A DNA stretch of 60,907 nt, filler included, from Dirinaria sp. TL-2023a (Eukaryota), in the NCBI GenBank assembly GCA_051941275.1. It is 5 parts of 5 records of this genome, joined end to end, with 100 filler letters (N's around TTAATTAATTAA, not from the genome) between each part and the next. Parts side by side here need not be neighbours in the genome. Positions count along the whole stretch, not along the records: positions 24,498 to 36,586 come from JAVEBF010000792.1; positions 36,687 to 48,764 come from JAVEBF010000793.1; 3 more parts are not named here. One strand, 5' to 3'. The notes beneath the pieces are model-generated. The model had not been told where the DNA came from. It saw nothing but the letters and a program-made list of their open reading frames with translations, and made no database searches. The position numbers and the translations under genes were made by a program. This document shows, piece after piece, positions 25,607 to 38,596 of this stretch; the stretch's first letter is position 1, and each line of letters opens with the position of its first letter.

Positions 25607-28600
25607 TCAGATCCTGAAATCTTGTCCCACGACATCCAGAACATCGCTTATCGCCTTTGTCGCTTCCTCACTCCAATACGCCGCCTTCAACGCCCCCGTG
25701 AGCAGCGGATAGAGCTTGAATAAATGCTTCTTGTGTGAGGGAGCCGCCTTGGCCGTATCTTCCAGCGCCCGGGGCTCAAGGTCCAGCTCACTCATCTTCT
25801 TGAGAATATAGAGCAGTTCCTTCTTCTGCGACCATGGCTGAGGTATGCGGCCGCGGAGTGGTTGGTCGTATACGTATGCCTTGAGCGTGAGGCCGCAGCG
25901 GAGGAGTAGGTAGGGCGCAGCTGCCTGTGCAAGGCGTACTCTTTCCACTGAACCGTCATGGGCTGACACGAGGCTGAAGAGCTCATCGAGTAGCAAGTAG
26001 CTCATTTTTGATCGTAGCGTTGGTGGTAGATCTTCAGTGCGGCCAATGTGGTCGCACTTGAGACCCTCAAGGAGCTCTTGACCGGGTCTTGCGAGGTCAT
26101 CTGGATGGGGTTCATGGATTTGGGATTTCTCAAATATGTCTTCTGCAAATTTGCGACGAATGTCGTCGGCGATGTGGGAGGAGCCAATGCTAGGGACGAC
26201 CAGTTTCTTGATGTGGAGGAAGGCCTCAATGTCAAACTCTTCGTCGTCGGGTACAAGTTCTTGTTTGTCGTAAGACTCGCAGTCAGCACTCAATATCCCG
26301 TTAATAAATCTGATAACAAGATCCCAGAAGACCTGAACTTCCTCCTCCGAGTGAACAAATCGCTGCACGGCTGGCATGCATGCTTGAAGGATTTGTGTAG
26401 CGGCAGTGGTTGCTGCACGCCATAATGAAGGCTCCTTGCCTTGTGCCTGCCGACCGTATTTTGATTGTATTGGTATCACCAAGGCGTCAAGGGCTCCTGT
26501 GACTAGTTGACAGGATGCGATCTCTACATTGTTCTGGATGTTCAATTGCAAGAGATCGATAGCAGATTTGCTGATCGCTACACAAGTCGACTCTTGACCA
26601 TGTTTCGTTCGTCTGAAAGGTAATTTCACTATATCAGCGACGCAATCGACGAGCTGAGAGAGGACGTCAAATTTGTCTGTGGGTACGAGCTTTAAATTCT
26701 CAAGGACGCCCTGTTGAACTGGAGTCACCCTGTCAACATCGGAACTGTACGCCGGTAGATGAGCATTTTCCAAACAACTGTAAAGTCTAGGCATTGCGTT
26801 TCCCGCATATGAGTTTCGTGTATCGTGATCAATGAGTCGATAGATCTGTGCGAAACATCGTAGATAAGCCATCAGTGCTGATTGGTTCCCATCTTTCAAC
26901 GACGAGTCACTCAAATGGAAGACAGGATTGAAATCCTTCCAAATACGCCAAGCCTCATCGACTGAATAGTTACCAATTGCTTGGATGCTGTCCAACTCTT
27001 CAAATATGTGAGTCAATCCTTTGAACGCCGAGGTGCTTACAGCTAGATCTTTTCGATTCAGAAGATGCTCAAGGCAAGACAATAATTCCTGCCACAGATT
27101 ACTGAAATGCGGAGAAGATCTTATTGTTGCGAAATAGTTGGTAAATATTTGGACAATCTCTTGAACGACGAGGGCAGCAGTCTTGTTCCACTCCTCCTCT
27201 TGCGTGTTATCCTTGCGCTCGAAATTAAGCTCTCTGATTGATGAATACTGCCGTTCATTGTTGCGGAGTATCTGGAAGAAGATCATGGTGAGACAATGTT
27301 GCCAGGCGGAAGCGTTGAGCTCGTCGCCTCGATCGTCGAAGACTCGAAACAGTGTGTGAAGTGCAGCTAATCACAATAAGCACGAATATGAGAGAAGCTA
27401 GCCATTCATACATACTGTGCCTCACTTCCGATCTATGGTCGTCAACGACTTCACTCAATCGTGTCACAAGAAGTAGCCATAGCGCGCTTTTTTGGCTCTT
27501 TGGTGGTCCTGTTTGGACCATTTCCGCTAATTCAGCAGCGGACTGGTAGGCCTCAAAATTCTCGTCAAATTTGAGTATACCATGCTGGCGCTGAAGGAAG
27601 CTCGATACGTTGGCAAAGAAGGAAGTCATCTAATATCTGTTTTAGTGGCTTGCAGTAATCTAAGCTCATGGCGGACATACTGTGAATGATATATTTAGGT
27701 CAAGCGTCTGCGAGCAGAATAGGTAAAGGGTGTCAATTAATAGCGGAATGCAAGACAAAGGCACAAAGTCCAAATAATCGGAACAAATGAGCTGCAGTGA
27801 GCCAAAGGACGATCTGACGAGATTTAGTGACCGGGCTTGAAAATTAGACAGCTCTTTCTCATTGTTGTCAATCGTGTTCAGGGAGACACTGAACGTGCTC
27901 TTAAGTGCGTCGAAGACAGAATCCCAACCAACCATCAAAGAGTCTCCACACCTCTCGAGGATCGCACGGAGAGCTTCGAGCAACAAGCGATGAATGTCGC
28001 TATTACAGTTTTGGGAATCCTTCGAGCTCACACTGACGTCCTTGTACAGTGTAGAAGCGGCATTGGAAAGTGCGCCCAGTGCCTTTGCTCTCGAAATATC
28101 TCGTTCCGTCGGCTCATGCTCGTTAGAACTTGCTACGGCTACTAGTAGGCTAGTGAAAGTCTCGGCCGTTTTGACTCGCAGCTTAGAATTCTCCGTCTGC
28201 GCGCCGATGATGCATAGTTGCTGCTCCGTCACATATCTCCAGCACAAATTCTCATTCTGTACAGGGTTAAGACGGCTGATATTGAATTGTATGAGGTCCT
28301 GGAGCTTAGCTAGCGCGAACATGTTACTTTGTAAGACAGAAGCGTCAGATGGAGATTGAGAAATGCTTGGGTATCTTTGGTGCTTGCGAGACGGTGTTTG
28401 TGGAGAAAGAAATTCTTCTGTACTTTCCGCAGCAGAACCGACCATACTCGCAGATGAGAGTTGGAGTAGTTTGTAAACGCATTGCGCGAACTCGAGGAAA
28501 GCACTATCGGAGTAGTCCTTTGTGCTTTCGATCATTCTCGCGGCCGCAGTCTCGGCCGCAGCGACCTCGACGCCGAAATCTTCTCCGTTCTCACTCTCAT

Positions 28601-30983
28601 CTTTGTCTTGAGGAACTTGTACTTGACGCGACTGATTTGAAGATTGCTGACGCGCCAGCGCTGGATTCGACTGAGGTAAAAGCAAGTCCCCTTGCTGAAG
28701 TGTTTCAAGAATGATTGACCAAGATTGTTGTAGTGAAGGCCCCAAGGCGATGCCAAGATTGAGCAGAGCTCTCAGACAAAGCAAATTACGGGTCGTCATC
28801 GCAGGAGAGCCCCAATCTATAGACTCTTGCCGTTGTGGTGATCTCAAGCCTGGTCCCGGACTCGACTCACGATCGCTCTCATCAGTTGCATCATCCCGAG
28901 AATTTGGATCGGTACTCGTCCTGAGGTTTGTCGCTGTTGCACGCCTGGCTGGTATTGCATGCTTTCCGAGAGTCGTAAGAAATGCGTCTCGGGGAGTTGG
29001 GAACTCCAATAGACCAGCAACTTGAGTGAACTTCTGAAGAGAGCGAATCAATGCATGATACCACTCAGTGTCAAGGGCGGCATTGAGAAAGGTCGAACAG
29101 GCAGCGAGCAGGGCCGGCCAGCAGTTCTCCACCATGTGCGCTGAGGTACGTATCTGCTCATATAAAGCATTGCTTTCCAACGACAGCGGATTCACCGACT
29201 CTTTCCTCGAACGAAAGGAGCGGCGCCTCGTCGATGGCTGCTCTCCTTCTCCGCCAACTTCTGAGGATTCCTGGAAACTTGCGTTTCCTTGTCCCGTTCG
29301 ACGTTTTCGCTTGCTTTTGCCCTCAGAGGGAGATGTGAATGGGAGTAGAAATTTAGCAAGTCCATCCGAAAAGCTATTGACGCACGTCAAAGCAAGCGCA
29401 TAAATGTATGTCGCCGGGATATTTGGAGCTTCAGCCTTGTCAGGTAAATCAATGCAGGGAATTCTTGGGTTACTCCATCGCATGCTGATGCCGACTCCCT
29501 CTGTTTCAGGCACGCTACTAGTCGCACCGATGCTGCCCACAATCCCCCCAGCTTGGAGAGCCGCTTGCTCCCCGTAGTCGTCATTCGGCCTAGAAGCGGA
29601 CGATGACTGTTGGCCTAGACCAATCAGATTAGGTTTCTCTGCTACAAGGCGTACGACCATGCCAAGATTATCACGGATTACGTGCTTCTTATCATCTTTT
29701 TCATCAAAATGATTGTAAAGGCTTCTCACTAAGGTTGGGTTAGCGTAAATACCTTGGAAAACTTCAAGACACAAGACCCGCTTCCATAATAGAGTTGCAG
29801 GATCGAGCATCCGATTTAATAGAGCTAGTGCGGTCTCGCACTCGGTAGCAAGGGCAAAGACCAGCCTGCCCAGAATGGCCTGTAAAATCCGCATAGCTCG
29901 AACTGTGAGTGAGAACGGCATCTTGTCCGAGATTAATTTGAAGACCAAGGGCATCAATCGTAATCGTAGAACATGTATCATTTCCGGATGAGCTGCCACA
30001 GTGTCCGCATAATTTGCGAGTATTGATTCGAGAAGTTCGAGGCCTAAATTCTGCGCTAAAGAACCCATGGAAAGAAATTTTGGTCTCTGTCCTTCGGTCA
30101 TGAGACAGACGTCATTGAGCAACTAGATTGTTCAATTAATGAAATACATAGCCAAGGCGTCCGAGGAAGGCATACGCGGTAAGCATCTACAGCGGCGCCC
30201 CGAATAGAGATATCCCCGTTCAGTATGGGAACCTTCATGACAGGCTCATCATCGACAGCGTTCACTACCTTCATCAGTATGGACTTCGGCCGACTCGATC
30301 TGAGAGTGTACCGTCTTCGGACGAAGCCTTCTCGAACGTGGTCGTCACTAGCTGCTGCAGTACTGCAGCTGCGGTGTTGGAGACTACTGCAGTCTTGCTA
30401 TTATACAGCAAAAAGCATACTTCAAAAGCAGCAGCCAACAGCTGGCCGGATAAGGCAGCTCCGTAATTTTGTAACAGTGACGGAAGCGCTTGCAGCACCT
30501 TCAGCTGCACTTCATACGCTGTTGCATGTTAGTAGTTGGAGGATTCGCTGCGCATTTCCACCCACTCAATGACGAGCATTCTCTGAAACCATCGAGAACA
30601 CCTCCCAACGACTCCTTGGCCAAGGCTTTGATAACGATAAGCCGTTGAAGGCTATTGATTGCGCTTCCTGCGAATCTGCCATGACGAGTGCCACAAGCGA
30701 TCAGGAATGGTCGAATAAAAGATGGTCGGTTCTTCAAATCTCTTCCAAGATCAGTACTGTGCTTGCTACCCTGGAATGACTCCAGGTACCTGCTACGAGC
30801 TGGGCCTCGGATGTCTGGGGTAGGGCCTTGAGCTCGCTCAACGACTTTTCAGCCGCCTTCAACACAGTGAGCCCCAGACTGAGAAACACACGCCACGAGA
30901 CTCACATTCCGTAGGTCTTGATTCTTTTTCTTCGAATCTTGGAACAGGGTAGTCAGCTCGGTTGCGAGAAGCTGGGCTGTCAT
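25607..30983 (-). CDS. MON2: Mon2/Ysl2 endosomal/Golgi Sec7-family scaffold protein, multi-exon
   Basis: MTAQLLATELTTLFQDSKKKNQDLRN, QLKVLQALPSLLQNY, VSNTAAAVLQQLV, LWKRVLCLEVF, PRDAFLTTLGK, LVRSSFGSLQLICSDYL, DQPLRGRIPQP. Confidence 0.93.
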
Positions 30984-31377
30984 GCTCAAGACACATGCAT
31001 CATAGACCCAGCGGAAGACTTCGAGTGAGAACTGATGTTGACTGAGATTCTATTATTTGAGCATTATGGCAGTTAGGAACATGGCTCGCAGGGCAACAAA
31101 AGTGAATTTTGCAAAGGGAGGCCAGCTCGCCTTCTACATGCATTTGATAGGTTATAGATTACCGCGCTAGAAAGTGTAAATTACCGAGGAGTTCAGCCTT
31201 ACGGAACTTCACTCGGCATTTTGACTTACTCAACTTCGCTCCGTCCAAGGGAATTGAAGCATTCGAAATACGTTTCAAGTGCGATTTCAACTACACTGAT
31301 CTACGAGAGCCCATTTGCAGATCTTTTAGCATCACACGAGCATCACTGCACTCTGTATCCTCTTGCCTTAGACTAGG

Positions 31378-32028
31378 ATGGCTGCTAAAGTTCCCCGCAA
31401 TTTCCGCCTTCTGGAGGAACTCGAGAAAGGCGAGAAAGGTCTCGGTGCCGGTACGTCTACGTTCCACTCCGCCCAATCCGCATTCTCCCATTGAAAGTCC
31501 CTCAGAGGCATGCTCATACGGCCTTTCCGACGGGGACGACCTTCTCATGTCGAACTGGAATGGCACTATCCTCGGGCCCCCGCACGTGAGCTGCTCCCCT
31601 TCCACATCTTGCCGCTCGTTCGAGTAGCTGATAGCTTTCCAATCGACACAGAGCGCCCACGAGAATCGCATCTACAGCCTGAACATCCATTGCGGGGATA
31701 ATTACCCTGACGTCCCACCTACAGTGAAATTCGTATCCAAAATCAACCTACCTTGCGTCGATCAGAGGAGTGGGAAGGTATAAGCATCATCAGTCAATGT
31801 TGGACTGATGAAGCTGATCGGAATCGTAGGTTGATCCGTCGAGGCTTCCGTGTCTGTTTCAGTGGAAGCGTGAGAATACAATGGAGACGATCCTGATCGA
31901 GCTCAGGAGGTTGGTGGAGGCGCCGGTCCCAAGCTCACGAAAAGCTACTGATCCTCTGCCCCAGGTACATGGCACTCCCGCAGCACAAGAAACTCGCTCA
32001 GCCGGCCGAGGGTTCAACATACATATAA
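31378..32028 (+). CDS. MMS2: Ubiquitin-conjugating enzyme variant Mms2/Uev1 (5 exons)
   Basis: [76 protein letters not shown]; divergent from MON2 across about 395 bp. Confidence 0.97.
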
Positions 32029-32758
32029 GCTCGGAAAGGGGCAACGAGCATGCGTCATGATTAAAAGACAGATGATGAAGCCGGATTGTCGTTCATTGGC
32101 GCACAGGCGTAACACTGTGAATTGTAGCTGCTAGAATGCTGGCTGAATACGCGGCCATCTCTATTGATATCCCAAAGCAACTTTCCCAGCCTGTGATCTA
32201 GGATACTTTATTGACAAGCCAAGATTCTCCCCTTGCGTTAGCGTCACTGACTCGCAACAGTGGATGTTCTCCCAGGCATACGGCAAACAAGCAACATGTC
32301 TCGCCGCGGATTCTATAAAGGTTTGACTTTCGAAGGCTTCGTACCCATGTTTGCACTCTCGGAGTAAGTCGGTATTTCAAGATCATCAGGAGCCCGCAAA
32401 TTAAAAGATCAATCGCTGTCCTCTGTGATAACTGTGGTAAAGAACGCAAAGCTCAAATGACCTTTTTTATTTTTTTAAGTCGCTCTAGCTTAATTGGCAA
32501 TTGCCTCGGCTGTCAAGTGAAAAGAATACTGTGATATTGGAATCTACATTAAGTAATAATGTGAGAGGTTTCTTTTCTAAGGGCCATGGGGCCCTATATT
32601 CACAAATCAGGGTCCTTCTAGGGTTATGTCTAATGTCCGAGATACAGCACCTCACTACAACCTTACGAGCTTGCTTGCATTGTATTCCAGGCTGTTCGCA
32701 TCAACGTCTTAATAAGGCACCAAGGACGAGGCAACACTGTCTATCACAGAAAGCCACT

Positions 32759-33631
32759 ATGTCCTCTGGCTTTATTTCAGGGGGTACGGCGGACCAGCCC
32801 ACGGAACGCGATGACGAATGGCTCCAAGCCCAACAAGAGATCGAGGCGCGCCGACGGGACCGTGAGGAAGCAGGCCGGCAAGAGGGCGGCAAAACCCTCT
32901 ACGAAGTACTGCAAAACAACAAAGGTGACTACGCAAGTTCTTTCGCACCCCTCCACAGGCTGTGCAGGGCTCTGCGACCTGCTGACATGTCAGGTTGATT
33001 TGCGCAATGACCAGCCGCCAAAGAAGAAGCTTTTCAAGAATCCATAAAGCTGAAGCATCAGTTCCGAAACCTGGACGAAGATGAAGTGGAGTTCCTGGAT
33101 TCGGTCCTCGAGAGCACGAGGGCGAAGGAGTTGGCTGTGAAAGAAGAAACCAGGGAGCAGCTGGAGGTATTCAGGAAGCAGCAGGAGGAGGCGGATAAGA
33201 AAGCGGTTGATGGAAGAGAGAGAGGAGTTGGTGAGGAGACTGCCGGAAGCCCTCTAGGGGAGAGCAGTGAGACACAGTGGGCGGTAAATGCTCGGAAGAG
33301 AAAGCGCATCAAAGACGAGAACAAATTGAAGGGAGGGAAAGTCCGCAAATCGTCATATACGAGCGAAGCTGCTCCGCCAGCTGCGCTGAACCCTGACAAA
33401 AAAGTGAGGAGCGAAGACGAGACAAGTAAAAACAGGGCAGATGCGGGAAGAAAGATATTAAAGTCTCCAGAAGGGACATTAAATACCAAATCGGCAGCCA
33501 AGCCACATACAGCTACGACAGACATTGCAGCACCCGCTCTACAAAGTCAACCTACAGTTGCCACGGATACAATGAAGGGTAGGGGTCTTGCAGGGTTGGG
33601 GTTGGCAGACTACAGCTCGGATGAAGATTGA
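32759..33631 (+). CDS. FYV6: FAM192A/NIP30/Fyv6-family nuclear protein (2 exons)
   Basis: MSSGFISGG, KTLYEVLQNNK|AAKEEAFQESIKLKHQFRNLDEDEVEFLDSV, terminal LGLADYSSDED. Confidence 0.85.
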
Positions 33632-34210
33632 CATTGAAGGGCAAGTCTGCATATTTGCACGTACTACAGGGAGTCGTTGCAGAATGATCTGCGGAACCAA
33701 AGACAGCGAGAGCACCTGCATAAAAGAATATGGTATCGTATCTGAACAGTCAATACCTCACTGTGTACCTTGAAGGACATGCACTCTGTTGAAGTCTGCA
33801 TTCCCTCGCCCAGTCTTTGCTAAGCCAAGATATTCCGTACTAGGTCTAGCGTAGATTGATAAGATGCACCTCGGCAAATGCAACTCGAGAGTCATCAGGT
33901 CTTGTAATTTCTGTCACTTGCTATGATCAACACCACCATTCTTTTGTTACTTGTCCTCCTCATTGCTTTTACTTACTTGTACAAGGATTTTGACAATGGT
34001 AGAACGTCTCAAAGGCTTTCAGGTCCGAGATCTTGCTCGGCCAACAAAGGCTTTGTCAAGGTCCATCCCGGGCCCTCAAAACGTGAAGCCTGCTTGTATT
34101 TGGACTACGCGTGCATCTACGCTCTCATTTTTTGAATTTGCTTCATATCCGGAGCAAGCTTGGCTCTTCGCTCTGTTGTGTGACTTGATTCATTTGTACC
34201 AGAGTGCTAT

Positions 34211-36391
34211 ATGTCATCGCAGGCGATGGCGGATAATACAAAAGTCTCCGCCAAAGACAGCCCTTCACCAGAAAGAAAGTTGTCTGCCACAGACAGTCAT
34301 GGCGGTCGTAATGATACTTCACAACTATCTAGTCCAAATGACGAGCCAGCGGAAAGTCAAAAAGCAGAGGCCTCCTCAAATAAGGATAAATCATTTGATG
34401 AACATGAAGACCCAAATAATGCCAACACATCTACGATCTCCGCAGAGTCTGAGAAAGCCAAGATGATAAATGAAAAGGCGTCACAGTTGCCGGAGAAAGA
34501 AGATACACCAAAAGAGGAACCACCAGTGGTCCCAACACCCTACATCGAGACCGACACCGAAATGGGCGGATTATCTGACCTTATGGATCGAGCAATCGGC
34601 TTCTCAACACCGCCTGTCTCTAGGGTTCAAGTTCGCAAAGGCTACATCTTCGACCTTGAAGTGTGCGGTCCCGAGTTCTGGCAGAAGCACGACGACCTCT
34701 ACATCCACCGGAAACGTAAAATCGACGATCGGCGAGAGCAGAGGCACGGCTTCTTTGCGGCAGACATCATCAAGTATGGTGCTGTTGACATGCTTAACCC
34801 GCGGCCATCGAACTTGAGCAACGAGATCCATCCGCTTTACCAAAGGGACGCTTTCCACGGGTGCGAAGATGAGATTTACGAGCAATTCATTCCAGCGCTG
34901 AGACTGGCTTCAATGTGGATGACGCAACCCGTTTGTTTCCAATTCTGGGTCACTCTAGCAAACGGCAACCGCGAAGTCGACCAGGTCATGAGCCAGCGCT
35001 TCGGCCGATTGCAGCACCGCATCCATCATGACGCACCTTTGACGCCGAAGACCGCCGTAGATGCGATCGCTTACATCCGAAGCATCTCGAATGGCTACCG
35101 CATGTCGTTCACCTTTCAGGAAAATTTCAAGCGCGACGGCCACACCTATTTTGGAGGCACGAACAAAATCTGCGATGTCGGCTGGGAGAACGAAGATCGA
35201 GCACCCAACCACCTCCTTCGCATCTACACCAAGCTGAGCAGCGACTACTACGTCGCGGCGAAGAAACTCAGCCAGCTCAAGTACCCGGACATGGCACAAG
35301 TGCTGCGCTTTCACTTCGGGCTCGCAGTGCTGCTCGTGCACGAAACGTGCCACGCGATCGAGCTCGCGCATATCCGTACCCGGCCACAATACGTCGCAGA
35401 TCCGGAATGGGATCCGCGTTTCCAGCAATGGATCGGGCACGAGCCATTCTTCTACTCTTCGATACGCCCAGAGCTGGGGCTGACCTGGGAGATGTATCTC
35501 TTCGGGGGGCGGATCCTGCCCATCAACGACCGGGTAGACTGCCTGCACGGGCTCTGCGTCTTCGACTGGCCAGACAAGGACTCGCCCTTGTTCGATCCGA
35601 GTACCCGCCAAGTCTACACCATCCCGATGACGTACATCGAGAAAATGTTCCAGATGTCTACCTGGGAGAAGGATTTCGATCTCCGCTACACCAAAATCTT
35701 CCATATCCCCCGCTCGGGCGCGAAATCGGTCTACCTCACGCATTTCACAACCATGGACTACGACGAGGAGCAGCGCATCAAAGACGAAGAAGCAGCTGAA
35801 GCGCTGACCGCCGCGGCCGCCAAATGGGAGGAGCCGGCGGACAAGAAGCGGCGCACCTCGGTTGATGGAGGTGAGGTTTTGATCGCGTCCGAAGCGAGCG
35901 TCAAAGCGCCAATTGACGATAACGATGACCCTAGTTCGAAAGAAGAGGAAGAAGAAGTAGGAAAGGTGGCTCCAGAATCAAACGACGCAGACAAGCAGTG
36001 GGTAGCGGTGGCGCGGTATTTCAAAGCCCAGCCACGGCGGCCCGACGGGAGTTTTGTACAGAAAGAAGCCGAATGGCCGGGATGGGTTAAGGAGTTTTTC
36101 AAAAGGGCGGACCAGGGCCTGCAGAATAAAGTCGGTATCCATATTGCGGAGAATCATAATTCTGCCAGCGGAAGCGAAGAAGAAGACGACGACGTGCCCC
36201 CCAAGGCCCAGCAGCAGCAGCAGCCGCCACCGCAGCCTAGGAAAGATCGGTGGGAAGACGATAAGGACCGCAGAGGAGGACGATCACCACGGGCCAGGAA
36301 TAAAACCGGGAGTCAGCCCAAGACAGGAGATGCAGGATCCGCAGCAGCAGCAGCTCGAAAGGTGGGGTTGGGAAGTGGGAAGAAACGATGA
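34211..36391 (+). CDS. Hypothetical 726-aa protein with zincin-like HExxH motif
   Basis: Single long ORF; globular core with LLVHETCHAIE (35339-35353) and ELGLTWEMYLFGG, disordered termini, no signal peptide. Confidence 0.8.
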   Translation: MSSQAMADNTKVSAKDSPSPERKLSATDSHGGRNDTSQLSSPNDEPAESQKAEASSNKDKSFDEHEDPNNANTSTISAESEKAKMINEKASQLPEKEDTPKEEPPVVPTPYIETDTEMGGLSDLMDRAIGFSTPPVSRVQVRKGYIFDLEVCGPEFWQKHDDLYIHRKRKIDDRREQRHGFFAADIIKYGAVDMLNPRPSNLSNEIHPLYQRDAFHGCEDEIYEQFIPALRLASMWMTQPVCFQFWVTLANGNREVDQVMSQRFGRLQHRIHHDAPLTPKTAVDAIAYIRSISNGYRMSFTFQENFKRDGHTYFGGTNKICDVGWENEDRAPNHLLRIYTKLSSDYYVAAKKLSQLKYPDMAQVLRFHFGLAVLLVHETCHAIELAHIRTRPQYVADPEWDPRFQQWIGHEPFFYSSIRPELGLTWEMYLFGGRILPINDRVDCLHGLCVFDWPDKDSPLFDPSTRQVYTIPMTYIEKMFQMSTWEKDFDLRYTKIFHIPRSGAKSVYLTHFTTMDYDEEQRIKDEEAAEALTAAAAKWEEPADKKRRTSVDGGEVLIASEASVKAPIDDNDDPSSKEEEEEVGKVAPESNDADKQWVAVARYFKAQPRRPDGSFVQKEAEWPGWVKEFFKRADQGLQNKVGIHIAENHNSASGSEEEDDDVPPKAQQQQQPPPQPRKDRWEDDKDRRGGRSPRARNKTGSQPKTGDAGSAAAAARKVGLGSGKKR

Positions 36392-36586
36392 ATCTAAGCG
36401 CGGTCTGTTGGTTTGGGTTTTGAGGTAGCATTCAAACATTTCGAGCGAATATTTGGATCGATCAGAGTGGAAATTGAAAAAAGGGAAAAAGGGTGGAAGA
36501 GTGTGGATAGAGCACGAAAATTCCTGGTAAAAAGAGATTGTGTGCATATAGATAAGGTATACCTTTAGATGGTCTTACATAAACAT

Positions 36587-36686
36587 NNNNNNNNNNNNNN
36601 NNNNNNNNNNNNNNNNNNNNNNNNNNNNNNTTAATTAATTAANNNNNNNNNNNNNNNNNNNNNNNNNNNNNNNNNNNNNNNNNNNN
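36587..36686. other. Artificial contig spacer
   Basis: N44-TTAATTAATTAA-N44. Confidence 0.98.
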
Positions 36687-36941
36687 TTCTTCCAACTTGG
36701 GTAACGATGCTCCCAAGGTCCTGGGTTCGAAACCCCGCGATGCTTGGGCCATCATAGCTCACAAGGTCCGCCCTTGGGGGTCTGCCTATATACTATTAGT
36801 TAGAAAAGTCGCCAGTGGCCCTGGGACAAGACTCTCTACTAAACCCGTGGACGTGGTTCTCAGAAGGGAGATAATTGTCATGCGGTGCCGAAAAGGGGCG
36901 CGGGCGCATTCCAAGTCCTAGTACTTATAGGTGGTAATAGT

Positions 36942-36969
36942 AGTAATTATTCCAACTGGAATAATTACT
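36942..36969. repeat. Perfect 13-bp inverted repeat with 2-nt spacer
   Basis: agtaattattcca-ac-tggaataattact in a TA-rich, probably RIP-mutated tract. Confidence 0.8.
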
Positions 36970-37376
36970 GTGGTCTTTTGACCCAGGTAAAATAGCAAGC
37001 ACTATTACCCTTGACTAGCCGGTTTTACAACCGCTCTGTAGATTTACTATTTTAGCAGTGCTCCGACTCTTTACTGTAACGCAAGTCTTTTCGCGCAGCG
37101 ATTGCAGATCCCCAGTGTGGCGACATTACAGATAAATTGAGCAATTTTTTGTTTACCAGCTCGCCACGCTTCATCAATTACGAATCCTATTATCCTTTCC
37201 CATCTAGAGAGATATGATATTCCAATCACTCCCAAACCCGACAACTTAATTACTAGGAAGCTGAGGATTGATATGTTGTCAGGGAATGATGGTTCATGTG
37301 CAAACACAAATTGAGACAGATTCACTCTTGAATAAAATGCGCAAAGTTGGATTTTCTCGCATTTGTATTTAGATCT

Positions 37377-38399
37377 TTACGCAGTGGTCATATTGCCGTC
37401 GATCGGACTACCATAGCCAATCCTAGGCCCATTATATACAAAGTTAGCCGTTCCCACCCAAATTCCATCGATCTTGATACTCATCGTTCCCTCTCTCCAA
37501 TTGTTGTCATTGCCCGCCATCTCCTCAGGTATATCACCCACCGCCCACAGGAGTGCTTCATACGTTAGAAACGGCGGTTGAGTTCTCGCGCTCTTTCCTT
37601 GTGGCTCCCTCGCTGCGAGATATACCTTGGAAACTTCGGGGGCTACAAATTCAGTCACACGATGTGATTTCGCGTGTGTCGCCATCTGCAGGATAGCAGC
37701 GTAGACAGTGAGAATGACTTCGGTCTTGTCCAGTTGAAGGCCGAAAAGGCGGAAGTCGCCGGTCACGATACCACTACGGTAAGGGAAGCTTAAGCTTGTG
37801 GCGGAGGTGTCGTTATTGGTGTCTCGAGCAGTCAGTGCAGGTGGTCTGATGATCGCGCCATTGCCACCTATACTCCTCCTGCTGCTGGAGAAATGGATTT
37901 GTCCAATGAGAACCGGAACACTGCGTTCATCCTGGTAAAGCCTGAAAGTCCTTTCAGAGAATTGATTCGTTGACAACATGTACATAATCGCCTGATAAAG
38001 ACCCCAGAGGGCGTAACGGTGGGCGACCATGGGGGCGCCTGGAGTGGGTCCATCAAAGCTGATGCTGAAGTAGGGAAAGACATATGACTCGTGCTGAGTG
38101 AGTGGTTGATTGTAATCGGCTAGAGCGAGAGTTCTAAGAGCTTCGATGGTGCGTAGGAGGACTTGAGTCTTAGCAGTGGACGGACTGGGTCCGATGGTTG
38201 CTCCAGGTTCGCTGGCCCGGATGAAGAAGGTTGATGGAATCGTCGCGTTCAGTACGGTTGTGTTGAGAACATCCCGGGTCTCTATGGTACTTGCATGAGG
38301 AAATGCAGTGACTGTCTCATGAAACAAGATGAAGTATGTGAAGACCGTGGCCCAACGACTGAAGAGCTGCATCACTGCTGATCTTTGGGCGGTATACAA
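37377..38399 (-). CDS. Secreted hypothetical protein
   Basis: 340-aa ORF; signal-peptide-like MQLFSRWATVFTYFILFHETVTA-FP; several N-glycosylation sequons; appears to have two similar halves. Confidence 0.72.
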   Translation of the reverse strand: MYTAQRSAVMQLFSRWATVFTYFILFHETVTAFPHASTIETRDVLNTTVLNATIPSTFFIRASEPGATIGPSPSTAKTQVLLRTIEALRTLALADYNQPLTQHESYVFPYFSISFDGPTPGAPMVAHRYALWGLYQAIMYMLSTNQFSERTFRLYQDERSVPVLIGQIHFSSSRRSIGGNGAIIRPPALTARDTNNDTSATSLSFPYRSGIVTGDFRLFGLQLDKTEVILTVYAAILQMATHAKSHRVTEFVAPEVSKVYLAAREPQGKSARTQPPFLTYEALLWAVGDIPEEMAGNDNNWREGTMSIKIDGIWVGTANFVYNGPRIGYGSPIDGNMTTA

Positions 38400-38596
38400 G
38401 TCGAGTAATCCAACCTTTCGACGACTTTGAAGATCTTATATAGCTTGCTAGCCACGGCCTGCTCGCATGTCGCATTGCTGTGGAGGATTCGGCAGAAAGC
38501 TGATAAGCCAGTAAACTGATAAGCCAGTAAAATGTACCATACGTTCGTGTCTATGCAATCAAATCCCACACTTCGACAGAACCAGTGTGCTATTCT

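Noticed and set aside
36697..36760. Intact tRNA gene
   Set aside because: No D-arm or acceptor stem, 10-nt anticodon-like loop and a mismatched T-stem; kept only as a B-box-like finding
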